The translations under genes and the position numbers were made by a program. Below, piece by piece: positions 10,730-22,755 of a stretch of DNA of 64,000 nucleotides (its first letter is position 1; each line of letters starts with the position of its first letter). A model generated the notes under the pieces. That model had not been told where the DNA came from, made no database searches, and saw only the letters and a list, made by a program, of their open reading frames with translations. Location: NCBI RefSeq assembly GCF_009914755.1, contig NC_060930.1; one strand, written 5' to 3'. The DNA comes from the human T2T-CHM13v2.0 reference genome, Homo sapiens.

Positions 10730-11585
10730 CTGTCCAGCCTTCGCCTTCTTGGCCTTGGTGTCCGCTGCTTGGGCATTGCTCCGTCAGTGGCAGACACCTT
10801 GCTTGGCACATACTTGACACTCAGTACTCTTTATGAAAAATAAAGCTCTCCTTTCTAAATTTATGAACCTCGTTATTCTTCAGTTGACAGTGTAAAACCA
10901 TGAAACTGGATGAGGTCACCTGGCAAGAGGGTGTGAATGAAGAAGAAAAGACACCCAAGACCTGAACCCCAACATTTAGGCTTTGTGAGATCAAGAGGGA
11001 ACAGCCAGTGAGGTAGGAAGAGGATTAGTAGGTAGGATAGTTGTGTCCTGGAAGCCATGTACAAAAATATTTCAAGAAGGAAGGAATATGGTCAACCAAG
11101 TCAATGTAAGGACCAAGGTTTGACTTCCAGACTTAGTAAATTCAATATTATTGGTTACCCTGACAAAAGCAGTTTTCAGTGTAGTGGGCCAAGCAGAACC
11201 TAGTGAGATAATTCTGAAGAGAATAGGAGCAAGTATTACAGCACATTGGAGATGGGGTTGGGGTGCTGTTAACTAGTGGAGAGATTGTTTCAAAACAGGA
11301 GATATTATGTATGTTTACTGATGAAGGGGATCTAGTAGAAAGGGAAACATTGATTATGTAAGAGACAAAGAAGAGAAATATTTGAATGTCGGCCTTGAGT
11401 AAGGAAAAATATTCCCATCTGGTGTACAAGATAAAAGATGGGCTTTAGATAGGAATATGGAGAATTCATTCAAATATTGGAGGAGGACAGAGTATAGGGT
11501 GACTAATCAGTCGCACATGTGGTCATGGGAGGTTGTAGAAGTTCTCTTCTGATTGCTTCTATTTTCTCACCAAATTAGGAAGCAA
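10730..11585. mobile_element. L2 LINE fragments
   Basis: L2-like motifs (gcttggcacatacttgacactcagta; aaaccatgaaactggatgaggtcacc; ccctgacaaaagcagttttcagtgtagtgg). Confidence 0.55.
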
Positions 11586-11978
11586 AGTATAGGCTGGGAT
11601 GTTATAATAACAAACAACCTCCTTATTTCCTGTATCTCAGCAGTTTAACACATCAAAGGTTTATTTCTCTCTCATGCTAAGTGTCTATTGTAGATCAGCT
11701 AGAGGATGCTGCTTGCTCTAACCTTACTCAGGGAGCTAGGAGGCTTTCTTTGCTCTCTTTTGCCAAAATTGGAAAAAAGAAAAGTGGCACTCTGGCTCTT
11801 AAAGCCTGTCTCTGGAAGTGATATATGACCTTTTGTCTACGTATCATTGGTGAAATAAGTAACACTGCCACGTCTAACTTCAAAGGGGGCCTGTGGAGTG
11901 CAATCTTGCTAGGCCTCTGGGAAGAAAGGAGGCTAGAATGTTTGTGAATAGAGGAGGAGGCATTTGAGGTTTAAGGAG

Positions 11979-12336
11979 TGATATAGTTTGGCTCTGTGAC
12001 CCCACCCAAATATCATGTCAAACTGTAATCCTCAAAGTTGGAGGAGGGGCCTGGTGGGAGGTGATTGGATCATGGTGGCAGACTTCCCCCTTGCAGTTCT
12101 TGTGATAGTGAGTGAGTTCTCATGGGATCTGGTTAATGGTGTGTAGCACTTCCCCCCTTTGCTCTCTTTCTCTTCTGCTCTGCCAGGTGAAGACGATGCC
12201 TGCTTCCCCTTCACCTTCTACCATGATTGTGAGTTTCTGCAGCCATGCTTCCTGTACAGCCAATGAAATACCTTTTCTTTATAAATTACCTAGTCTTAAG
12301 TAGTTCTTTATAGCAATGCAAGAATGGACTAATACA
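11979..12336 (+). mobile_element. MaLR solo LTR (MSTA-like) with 5-bp TSD AGGAG
   Basis: TGATATAGTTTGGCTCTGTG...GGACTAATACA; TSD at 11974-11978 and 12337-12341. Confidence 0.9.
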
Positions 12337-12511
12337 AGGAGAAAGAAGGCATGAAATAATTTTTTTGAAGACTGGTTCAGCAACAAGATTAAATATGACT
12401 AAGAACCAAATAAATGCCAAGGACATTGGGGCTTGTATTAAACGTGGTTAGGATAATGACCTGGAAGCCATTTTTATGATGGTAAGTGGTGCTAAATAAA
12501 GGAAATATCAA

Positions 12512-12660
12512 GCCAGGTGTGGTTTGTGCCTTTATCCCAGCTACTTGGGAGGCTTAGATGGGAGGATCACTTGAGCCCAGAAGTTTGAAGCTGCAGTGAG
12601 TTATGATCACTCCAGCTTGGGAAACAGAACCTGTCTCTAAAAAATTAAAAATTAAAAAAT
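12512..12660 (+). mobile_element. Partial Alu (monomer / AluJ-type arm)
   Basis: gccaggtgtgg...cccagctacttgggaggc...ggatcacttgagccc. Confidence 0.8.
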
Positions 12661-13379
12661 GGAGGGATCAAGGTTTAAAAAGAAGGATCAAGAATCAGAG
12701 GCAAAGTCAGACAGTCCACTGGAGGAACACGAAAGCAAATGACCAAAAAGATCCAGGAGAATAAGGAAGATGAGGATGTTGGATTTGCTGAAGGATGTAG
12801 TAAGGGGCTTTCAAGAGATAGGTGCCATGAAGCAATGGGGCTGCAAGCTAGCTGGTGAATGTGCAGTGTAACCCTTACGGTTCCTTCTGAGCAGCCTTGT
12901 CTTCTTTTGCCAACAATGCATTGATTTCCTTTGAGCTCCTCCTGATTCATGCAGGCTTGATTTAGTTTCCATGGGTATTTCTGTCTGTATTTGCAACTTT
13001 CTTTGCAAAATACACGTGAGTTATCTTAACTTTGTGTAGTGAGCTGTAAAGAATTTCTCCAGTTTCCTAAGTGATCAGAAGTTGGAAGACGTCAAGTTGC
13101 TGAAAAATTATGAATTGAGTATAAATAGTTTTTGAGGGACACTATTTAAAGATGATATGGATTTTTGGAGGGGACATTACTATCTAAAAGTAAATTGTTA
13201 CTGTGAAAACTCAAAATATAGTGCCGACTTCTTGCTTTTGTAAACTGAAGATGTTCATCAGGGTTCGTAACAAGGTTTATTCCTACTATATCATTAAAGA
13301 CCAAGATGTTTGACTCTAGAAGGTGGAATAGTAGCCTCTTAAGGATATCTAATTTTTCCAGAGCTTGCAAATATTTCTA

Positions 13380-13800
13380 TATTACATGGCAAAGGAGAAT
13401 GGTAGCAAATGGAATTAACTTTGCTAATCAGCTGAACTTTAAATAGGGAGATTATCCTGGATTATCCCAATGAGTGAGATGTAATCTCAAGGGTTCTTAA
13501 AGATGGAAAAGGGAAGGAGAAGAGTGAATGCCAAAGGGATGTGATGGGAGAAAGACTCAACTGGCCATTGCTGGCTTTGAAGATAGAAGGGGCCATGAGC
13601 CAAGGAATGCAGGCAGACTCTAAAAGCTGAAAAAGACAGGAAAATTAGATTCTCCCCTAGAGCTTCCAGGAGGAAATGCAGTGTGGCCCGCCCCTCGATT
13701 TTAGCTTAATGCAGCCCATTTTGACCTCCAGAACTGTAAGATAATAAGTTTGTGCTAAGTTTATGGTAATTTGTTACAATAGTAATAGGAAACTAATACA
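13380..13800 (+). mobile_element. MaLR LTR (MLT1D-like)
   Basis: gggagattatcctggattatcc...gccaaggaatgcaggc...cagaactgtaagataataa...ggaaactaataca. Confidence 0.8.
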
Positions 13801-14801
13801 GTGGATAATCATGTTGGATGTCCTGAATCCCTTTTTACCAAATACCCTTCTTCCCCTTTTCTGCTGAAGAAGGGAAATTGGAAAGCCTGTTTCTATTTCA
13901 CAAAACCAAAGACATATTTCAATGATGTGTTGGTCAAGCATCTTCCTCTAGCATTAGGTTAGAGGAAATAGGAATCAATTTATTTCCACAGAAGGTGGTT
14001 CCATTTTAAAGCAGTGAGCAAGGAAGGAGATTTGGCACAATGTACTTGAGTCAATTGGAAGGAAAGATGTTTGAAATTAGAAGGCTCTCGTTAGAGGGAC
14101 TCTTTACTTGGATCCAATATACATTTCAGGGGAACCTGTGGATACCCTGAAATTGTCTACAACTTGTGTTGCTTATGAAATTTTTTTTGTTTAGAAGATT
14201 CTTAAAGTGGTCTGTGGCCAGAACAGGGGCAAAATCTGCCACTATTGAGAAATCTGCTATGTATCTGTGATGTAGTACACAAAACTCTGGACTCAGAGCG
14301 ATAATAATCAAAGGTACAGCTAATTGAGCCTCTGTTAGTGTGAAGCATTGTTACATCTCTCATCTTGTTTTATTCTCTCATTATCACTCCAAGGTATTAA
14401 TGATTCCACATTCCAGATGGGGAAACTGAGGTGCACCAAAGCTAAAGAATTGGCCTCAGTTTTTAGAGCCAGGAAACGGTGCAAGCACTGAAACTCTAGC
14501 CTGTCTCCTTCCAAATCTTTCTTTTTGTGGCACTTGGTGCTCCCCAGTGGCTATTAGTACCCAATTCTTAATGTTGTGGAAATTCAATGAGATTACATGC
14601 CTGGAATGGATTTTGTAAACTTATTTATATGAAGAATTGGGCAAGAAAATAGGTAGTGATAGATTGATCTGAGAAATTTTGTCAGAAAATATTCATAAGT
14701 CCATTCTGGGAGATTACTAAAGAGATTTGTTCCTTTAAGTTATTCAAGGAAGAAGTGCCGCATCGGCCTGCTGCATATTCCTTGATAAAAAAGGTTTACA
14801 T

Positions 14802-15020
14802 CAGTTGTTCTCAATCCAGGTTGTTTTACTCAAAAGGGACATTTGGCAATATTGGAATACATTTTTAGTTGTCGCAGAAAAGAGGCAGAGGAGGAGAGGA
14901 GCAAATGAGAGGCAGAGGCCAGGGCTGCTGTTAAAATTCTTGCAGAGCACATGACAACCTTCTGCAACAAACAGTTATCCAGCACAAAACATCAATAATG
15001 CTACGATTGGGAGACTACAC
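14802..15020. mobile_element. MER20-like hAT DNA transposon
   Basis: cagttgttctcaa...gggacatttggcaat...gaggccagggctgctgttaaa...ttatccagcacaaaa. Confidence 0.7.
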
Positions 15021-17802
15021 TCTATATGTTTAAAAATGAGATGCCTAAACTTACTTTCCTTACATCATCAATAAATTATAATCCAGAGAAAGTTGATGCT
15101 ATGTTTATGAGTTATATAGTAACTGTGTGAATGAGTTATAAGGTAAGCAAATAAGTTTCACACAGTATCTCCTCTTTTAATTAGTGTAGAAAAACTCTCG
15201 AGCTTACCCCTGACAGAGACTGGAAAGATGAGAGGAATTAGAGGATGGCTTTGATCATTTATGTAATTAGGTTATAGTAGAGAAATTCAGCTCAAAGAAG
15301 ATAAATGTAGGATATTAAGTCTGGGAGCGAAGGAACATTACAAAAGGAATGTTTGTTCAAGGGAAAGAGATTGGGCTTTGTTCTGTTTTGCCACTTTCTT
15401 GCCTGTGGCTAAGTATTACAGCACAGAAAAAAAAAAAAAAGTCAAAGGGTGCACACTACTTTCCCCATAAAATCAGGCATTCACTAAAGAGCCAACGGAG
15501 GGCTTTCTGTTCAAAGGAGCAGCAGCAGAGTGAACCAAGTCTCTGATGGCTGAGAGTGATGGTGAAGACTTTGCTCTACAAAAGACGTGTCTTCCTTCCA
15601 GTTAACTTGAAGCTAAGCAATGACACTTTGGCCTTCAGGCTCGAAACCAATCACCATTAACAGATGTGTTGGAGCCACCTCTGGACACCTCTCACTTATG
15701 GAGTGGAGAAGTTCTGCATATATAAAAACAACGTTACTGTTTTGTTTTGTTTTAATTCTCTGAGTCCATAATCTCTTACACCAGTGTTTTAGTAAGCCTT
15801 CGGAACTTCTCCATGGATCACCATCTTAAGTGACTACAGTTTTTCTTAGTCATACAGCAGGCTTTAGCTACCCTACAACCCCATTTTTATCATATGGGAT
15901 AGACTCAAACTTTTATCTTTTCAGAGTGACCACAGCTACGGTTTGACTCTGCTTATCTACATGCATCATAAGGAATAAGGCAGGGTTTCAGGTGAATTTC
16001 ACAGAGGACTTTGAGACCTGCCACTGCCTCTGGCAGCTGCTATGTGATGAATCATCACATGTCTTAGACCTGGTGGTGTAATCCTTCTCCAAGCAGAGAA
16101 AAAGAAATGAAACAATGGCATACACTCAGTAGTAGCATTTTCCTGTTATATAAAGGAATATGGTTACTCCTAAAAAACAGCAGCAAAGTTAAGTAATACA
16201 CAGAATGAGTTACATGAAACGAGAACTAAGAAAAATTTCTGAAAATATTCAGTTTCCAATCATTTGGAATATTTCTTCTTTACTTCTAACCAAAGGAAAT
16301 ACTGTTATTGTTGTTGTTCTAGTGCATTTCTAACTAGTGAAGAGTAGATGTACGTTTTGCAACAAAATCTTAGTTATCCTAGAGGCCAAAATTCCAGTGA
16401 TATTATGCATCTGGGAGGGCATAGAAACCAGAAAATTAAAGGGGCAAAAGAGTTAAAAGTATGTCTAACAAAAAATAAATCTAGAGTATCCAGCAGTAAA
16501 ACCATCAAACCAAAACATGATTTGGATTTTGCCCAAATGACACTTGACACTTAGTGTTTCCGTGGTTTGATGTCCAGAAAAGATAAAGCCACTTCAATGT
16601 TATAAGAGTCATAAAAGTCAAACCACGTCAGCATGCAAGCCACGAAGTGTAGAAGTGTGGTGGAAAAGAGAAGAAAATAAGAAAGGGGAATGGCAAACAA
16701 CAAAGGCAACAAGTGGGGAATATTGCAAGTAACAGATATTGACACAAGGAAAAAAAGTTAAATAAAAGGGCAGCTACTAAAATGGCAATGCTTTGCTTCA
16801 CTGAAAGTACAGGACAGTTGGGCACTGTCGATGAAAGGACAGGAGTTGCGGGAGTGGCCAAGAGTTTCAGGGAGCGAGTACAAGAAGTATTTATATGACA
16901 ATGATAATATCTTTCTTTACACAACACCTAATTTGTGCCAGGCCCTTTGCTGGGATCTCTACCATATCATTTGAATCCACAGAAGCCTGCAGAATGCATT
17001 ATCTGCTTTCCACAGGTATGGAAACAGCACAGAAAGGTTAAATAACTTGCTCAATGTTCCACTCCTGTGTCAGGACTTAAACTTTGTTAACACCATGGAT
17101 TATATATTTTCTAGTACCTACATGGTCTCCTGGATTTTCCAAAATTGAAATGTGGAGATTCTGGCAATCATTAGGGTCTTCTGTGTGGGGACAACACTTC
17201 AATTGGAGAGGAGCTATGCTAGAATGTTGTCATGTCATGTAAATACTGGGTGAATCTGAGGTGGCTGTCTTGCCAAGGAATCATATTTTAGAGCTCGCAA
17301 GGGAATACTGAGCAGAAATGTTATTCCATATAAAGTGCATCTCAAGAAATATGTGTGTCTTTGGTTCATCCTAATTGAAAATACAATTTTCTTAGCTTAT
17401 ATGTTAGGTAAAGTTTCTTTTTTGATGACTGCCCTTGTTTCTGACTTGACTTCAGAAAGTGGAAGTACCAAATGACAAACCATGAAGTTGCAGAATTCTC
17501 TCACTTTTTGGCAGTACATTTCTGATTTCATAGAGTATTTCTCAAGCAGTTTTATCATGATGGTGATACTAGACAGAAAGATTCTTAAGGGTAGACACTG
17601 TGTCTGATCCATCTTTTATCTCCAGAACATAGAACCTAGCATGGCCTCCTCTAGACATGGTGATAAGAAAATTGTGATGATGGTGGTGGATTTAGAAAGG
17701 AGACACGTTTCAGGGACAGAATCACCTTGTCCAAAGGCAAGGAGGTGTGCACCATCAGGTGTTTGTAGAGCATCACAAATCAGGATCTCAAAGTTGTTCA
17801 TT

Positions 17803-18440
<638 letters not shown>

Positions 18441-19986
18441 GGGTTGTGACATTTCTATAAAGCAAGCATATTCAGAATTGTGACACTCCTGTCCCTGTCT
18501 TCTCCCATGTCCAGGTGAGGCTAGGGGTGGCAGGGAGTTGGGGAGAAAGCATGTTATACTGCCAGAGATGGTTCTTCCTTGTCTCTAAGGCCCGGGCACA
18601 TCTATTGCCAGAGCCACAGCTGAACAACATCTGTTCTGTTCTAACTTTCTGTTTCTCCCCATTCTCTCTTCATTTGAGCTTTTAAACTGCCTTTAAAACA
18701 GGAGCCACAATGGGCCTGTATGTGCCCTCAGCTGTTTCTAATTCTCTCCCAGGCCCACTCTCTCCCAATAAATGACACATTGTAGAAGGTGTTTTATAGC
18801 CTGACTTGTTAATAGAGCCAGATCATTCTGTAACAAAACCAAACATGGCAATCAGCGTTAAAACACAAAATCACCAAAAGCTGAGTGAGATAAACATAGA
18901 ACTATTTGTCATCTATAAAAGAAGGAGCGGGACCATCTAATTTTAAAAATGCTTCTAATTCTAAAATTCTAACCTTTAAAACAAGATTCCCTCACAGTTG
19001 AAGGACACACGGCTTTATACTTGGGCTATTGGATTTTTTCCCTATTTGTGGGCTTAGTTTCCCTCCATAGATTCTACTATAAAGTACAAGGATAATTAAA
19101 TCTGCTCATTTTCTCTTTCCTAGGGATTCAGGACTGAATCAGATAATGTCTGTAGAGCACTTTAGGACTTCTCATGCCACACCATTGAATGTAAAAGATA
19201 ATTGTCAGCAAGTAGCTGCAGAAGCCACCATCAGATAAAACATTGTTCCTTATGCTTTCATAATTAACGATAAGCATTCCCCACCACCCACCCCGCCGAC
19301 CTTTCTTTTCAGACTGGGGAAAGAGAATTCTGAATGGTGATCAAGGTCACATTTTAACTTGCAAATGTCAAGAAGAATCTCATCATTCTTGGTTATTTTT
19401 GATTGATTAATATATTAGTTAATTGCTGATGAGTTGCTAATGAGCTAATTTATATGCACAGATAGGATCTAACTATGACATAGGAGTAGCATGCAAAGCT
19501 GCAAAGCACTGCTAAACAGATCATGGGTGCTGTCCATGGCACCTCTCAGGGCAGGTTAGAGAGAAGAGTGTGGAAACATTGTGCCTCTCTTCCCACCTAC
19601 TCAATAAAGACAACAGGGAAAACACATGGAGGCATCTTTGGCCATGAACTCCTCACTGCTTTACTAAGCAGCCACCTGTAGTATTAGAATACTACCACTA
19701 AGTGGCACCATCTCATTAGTATTCTCTTTTATCAGACTCCTGAAACCTGCTGCGCCTTCTCTTCTGGACCACGGAATACATTTATTGTTCTGTGTTGGCT
19801 GATTTGGGTTTAGCAAAAGGGATCTGCTTTCAACATGCTCCTGTGTTTTTTTTCCTCCTTTCCCACGTGTTTCTTTCATTCTTGGGAATCTGAGCCAATA
19901 CTTAGGCATACGCATAGAGATGAAGGCCATCGTACTGGTAATAACCATAACAGACAACTTAAAGAAGACAAATACTAATAGTGAGC

Positions 19987-20115
19987 TTTTTAATTTGTAG
20001 AGATGAGTTCCCACTATGTTTTCCAGGCTGGTCTCAAATTCCTGGCCGCAAGCGATCATCCTGCCTCAGCCTACCAAAGTCCTGGGATTACAGGCATGAG
20101 CCACTGTACTTGGCC
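19987..20115 (-). mobile_element. Alu left monomer (FLAM-like)
   Basis: gtagagatgag...ctgggattacaggcatgagccactgtacttggcc. Confidence 0.85.
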
Positions 20116-21486
20116 CTTTTTTTCTGCAACAATCCCCCAAAGCCTGAATTTTTTTTTTATTTGTAAAAAATAAATAGGGAACTTTAATTGAAGGCTTTTA
20201 TTTTTGTACTGGGGGCTTTCCAGGTATTATTTCCCAAATTCATCAGCACTCAGTAAGGTTGCCTTCATTTTGTGAGCAAAGAAGCTGAGATTCAGAGAAT
20301 TAAAGCAAACTTTTCAAAGATGCCCAACGAGAAGGTAAGTGAGACACAACAGGAGTCTAAGCTTACATAATGTCAGAGCATTAATGATCTTTGAATCATT
20401 CATGTGACTTAAATATTAGGTATAGTGAGAAAAGACAGAAAAAGTCTAACCCTTCGTGAAGTTCAAAATTGGAAAGGGAAAATAGAGTAAGTGAACCAAA
20501 TTATTTGTAATACAAAACAATGAGTTATATATGAAATCCATCAAGTTTATAAAGGGTCTGAAATTATTGGGGACACTTACTAGGTACATGCCTCCAGTCC
20601 AGGAGACATCCTGAAACCAAATCTTCTCTTGAAGTAGAATTTTTCTGAAAGGGACATAGCTCTGAGGATGAGAGTGAGGAAGTTAGAATAAAAAATATAT
20701 ATTCTCGGGTTTAGCCCTCAAACTCTTGAATCTTTGCTGAAGATGATTTTGTTTCATGACACATTAATTTGTCCTATGTTATTTGAGGTGACGTCTTAGC
20801 TCTGTAAATAAGTAAAGGAGATCTAAGTAAACGTTTCAAAGGCTAACAGGCCAAACTCTCCTAGACTGATTATCCCCCAGAACCCCAGGAAAAGCAAGAG
20901 CCAGGAATCTCATAATGTGAAGACAAACTAACATTGACGTGTTATGGGCTTGACCTCCCACTTCATGTCTTGCATGCATCACTGTACTTATAACAACCCA
21001 ACAAGATATGTGTAATACTACATTCGTATTCCATCAGGATGTTGAACTTAGGCAGGTTCAGCACTCACCAGAGGTCACACAGCCAGTGAGTGGTGAAGCT
21101 GGGATTCCATCCAAACTGGCAGATCAAAGAACTTGGCTTTTAACCTTTAAATACACTGCCTCCACTTGGCATGCTACATGGTGGTGAGCAAATGCTCTGG
21201 CCATTGTAATACTAACTTAAACTTGATTTATGTTTCAAAGAAGTTTCAAGTACATTATTGAATTTGATGCTAAGAACAATCCAATGAGAAAGGCAGTTTA
21301 GATTTTCTTATTACCACACCCGCCCTCTAACATGCACACACACAGACACAGACACACACACCCCAGGAGAGTTTAAGTGACTTGGGTTAAACCACAGAGC
21401 TACTAAGTGGCTGACCCTGAACTTGAACCTAAGTGTTCTCATCCTTAGCCTACTGCCTTTTTCCTGTGACAGCAATACCACTTCAC

Positions 21487-21489
<3 letters not shown>

Positions 21490-21519
<30 letters not shown>
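21490..21519. repeat. Pure poly(A)30
   Basis: 30 consecutive A residues. Confidence 0.95.
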
Positions 21520-21521
<2 letters not shown>

Positions 21522-21593
21522 AGGTAAAATTTCCTCCATGTCACTCAGAACATGACATTATCTCCAAAAGTCTCTGTTAAAAGTTAGGCAAGT

Positions 21594-21887
21594 GGCCAGG
21601 TGCAGTGGCTCACACCTGTAATCCCAGCACTGGGAGGCCGAGGTGGGTGGATCACTTGAGGTTATGAGTTTGAGACCAGCCTGGCTAACATGATAAAACC
21701 CCATCTCCACTAAAAATACAAAAATTAGCTGGGCATGGTGGTGCATGCCTGTAGTCCCAGCTACTCACAAGGCAGAGGCAGGCGAATCGCTTGAACCGGG
21801 AGGCGGAGGTTGCAGTAAGTTGAGATCGCACCACTGTACTCCAGCCTGGGTGACAGAGTGAGATCCTGTCTCAGGAAAAAAAACAAA
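21594..21887 (+). mobile_element. Alu (AluS-type)
   Basis: Full dimeric Alu. Confidence 0.93.
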
Positions 21888-22709
21888 GACAAGTTACTTA
21901 GAAAATATCGTATGAACATCAAATCATATTAATACGTACAGGTGTATATTTTAAATCACTTTAAAGCTCCCTATAAAGGAGAATCTAAAACTGCTTTTTC
22001 AAAATTTTTGCATGAATAAATTCAGACACATGTGTAGTGATTTACATAAGTTTATCCAGAAATCAACATCTGTGTTTTGTGTGTGTTATGGATAGAGAGA
22101 TTTGTACTTTATTTGCACTAGCCACATGCAACAAATGTATAAAGATAAAATCTCTATTCAGATACAGTCTAAGATATCACAATTAGTTTTTATTTAGTCT
22201 CAATTTTCTGGTACCCTCTAAGCTGTAAAATCCTGGGAATCCAAAAAAAAGAGTTCAAAAGAAAGGGCCTGAGGGCAGCAGTCAGTGGCTGGAGAGTCAA
22301 TAGGGGAGTCTTAGAAGTCATTGCACCACTCTGAACCCCACATTCCTCACCTATAACAAAAGGGCTTAGAAGAACTCTAAGATCTCTAAAATGCTAAGGA
22401 ATAATTCTTAACCTCGATAAAGTCTGAAGACTTGTTTTACTCTGTAAGGATCTACATTTTAAAATAAGTAGCTAAGAATTTTCCATTGCCCTCTTTTAGT
22501 AGTAGATTTTTATTGACACAGAACACTCAGGGCTATTTTTCAGAGCCCAGATTTATCCACCTCCCGTGTGCTTCCACTAAAACCGACACGATGTACAGTC
22601 TCAGGCACTTTCTCACTGTTTAATAAAAAGGTAATTGGGTGAAGAGCCGTGAGAAAATACTAGTGACTAGATTATTCACTCTTCCGCTGGCCAATGGTTC
22701 CTCTGATTT

Positions 22710-22755
22710 TGGCCCACAGGGGGCCACTTTGATTCGCTGCTGAGAGGTGGCGCTC
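22710..22755 (+). promoter_or_regulatory. Two tandem CTCF-like motifs
   Basis: TGGCCCACAGGGGGCCACT (22710-22728) and CTGCTGAGAGGTGGCGCTC (22737-22755) compared with consensus TGGCCACCAGGGGGCGCTA. Confidence 0.5.

Noticed and set aside
9973-10836. 287-aa + strand ORF (and overlapping 162-aa and 127-aa ORFs) antisense to HDDC2 exon 1
   Set aside because: These frames are open because the CpG island and C/T tract are depleted of stop codons. The products are low-complexity poly-Ser/Leu/Pro with no recognisable domain.
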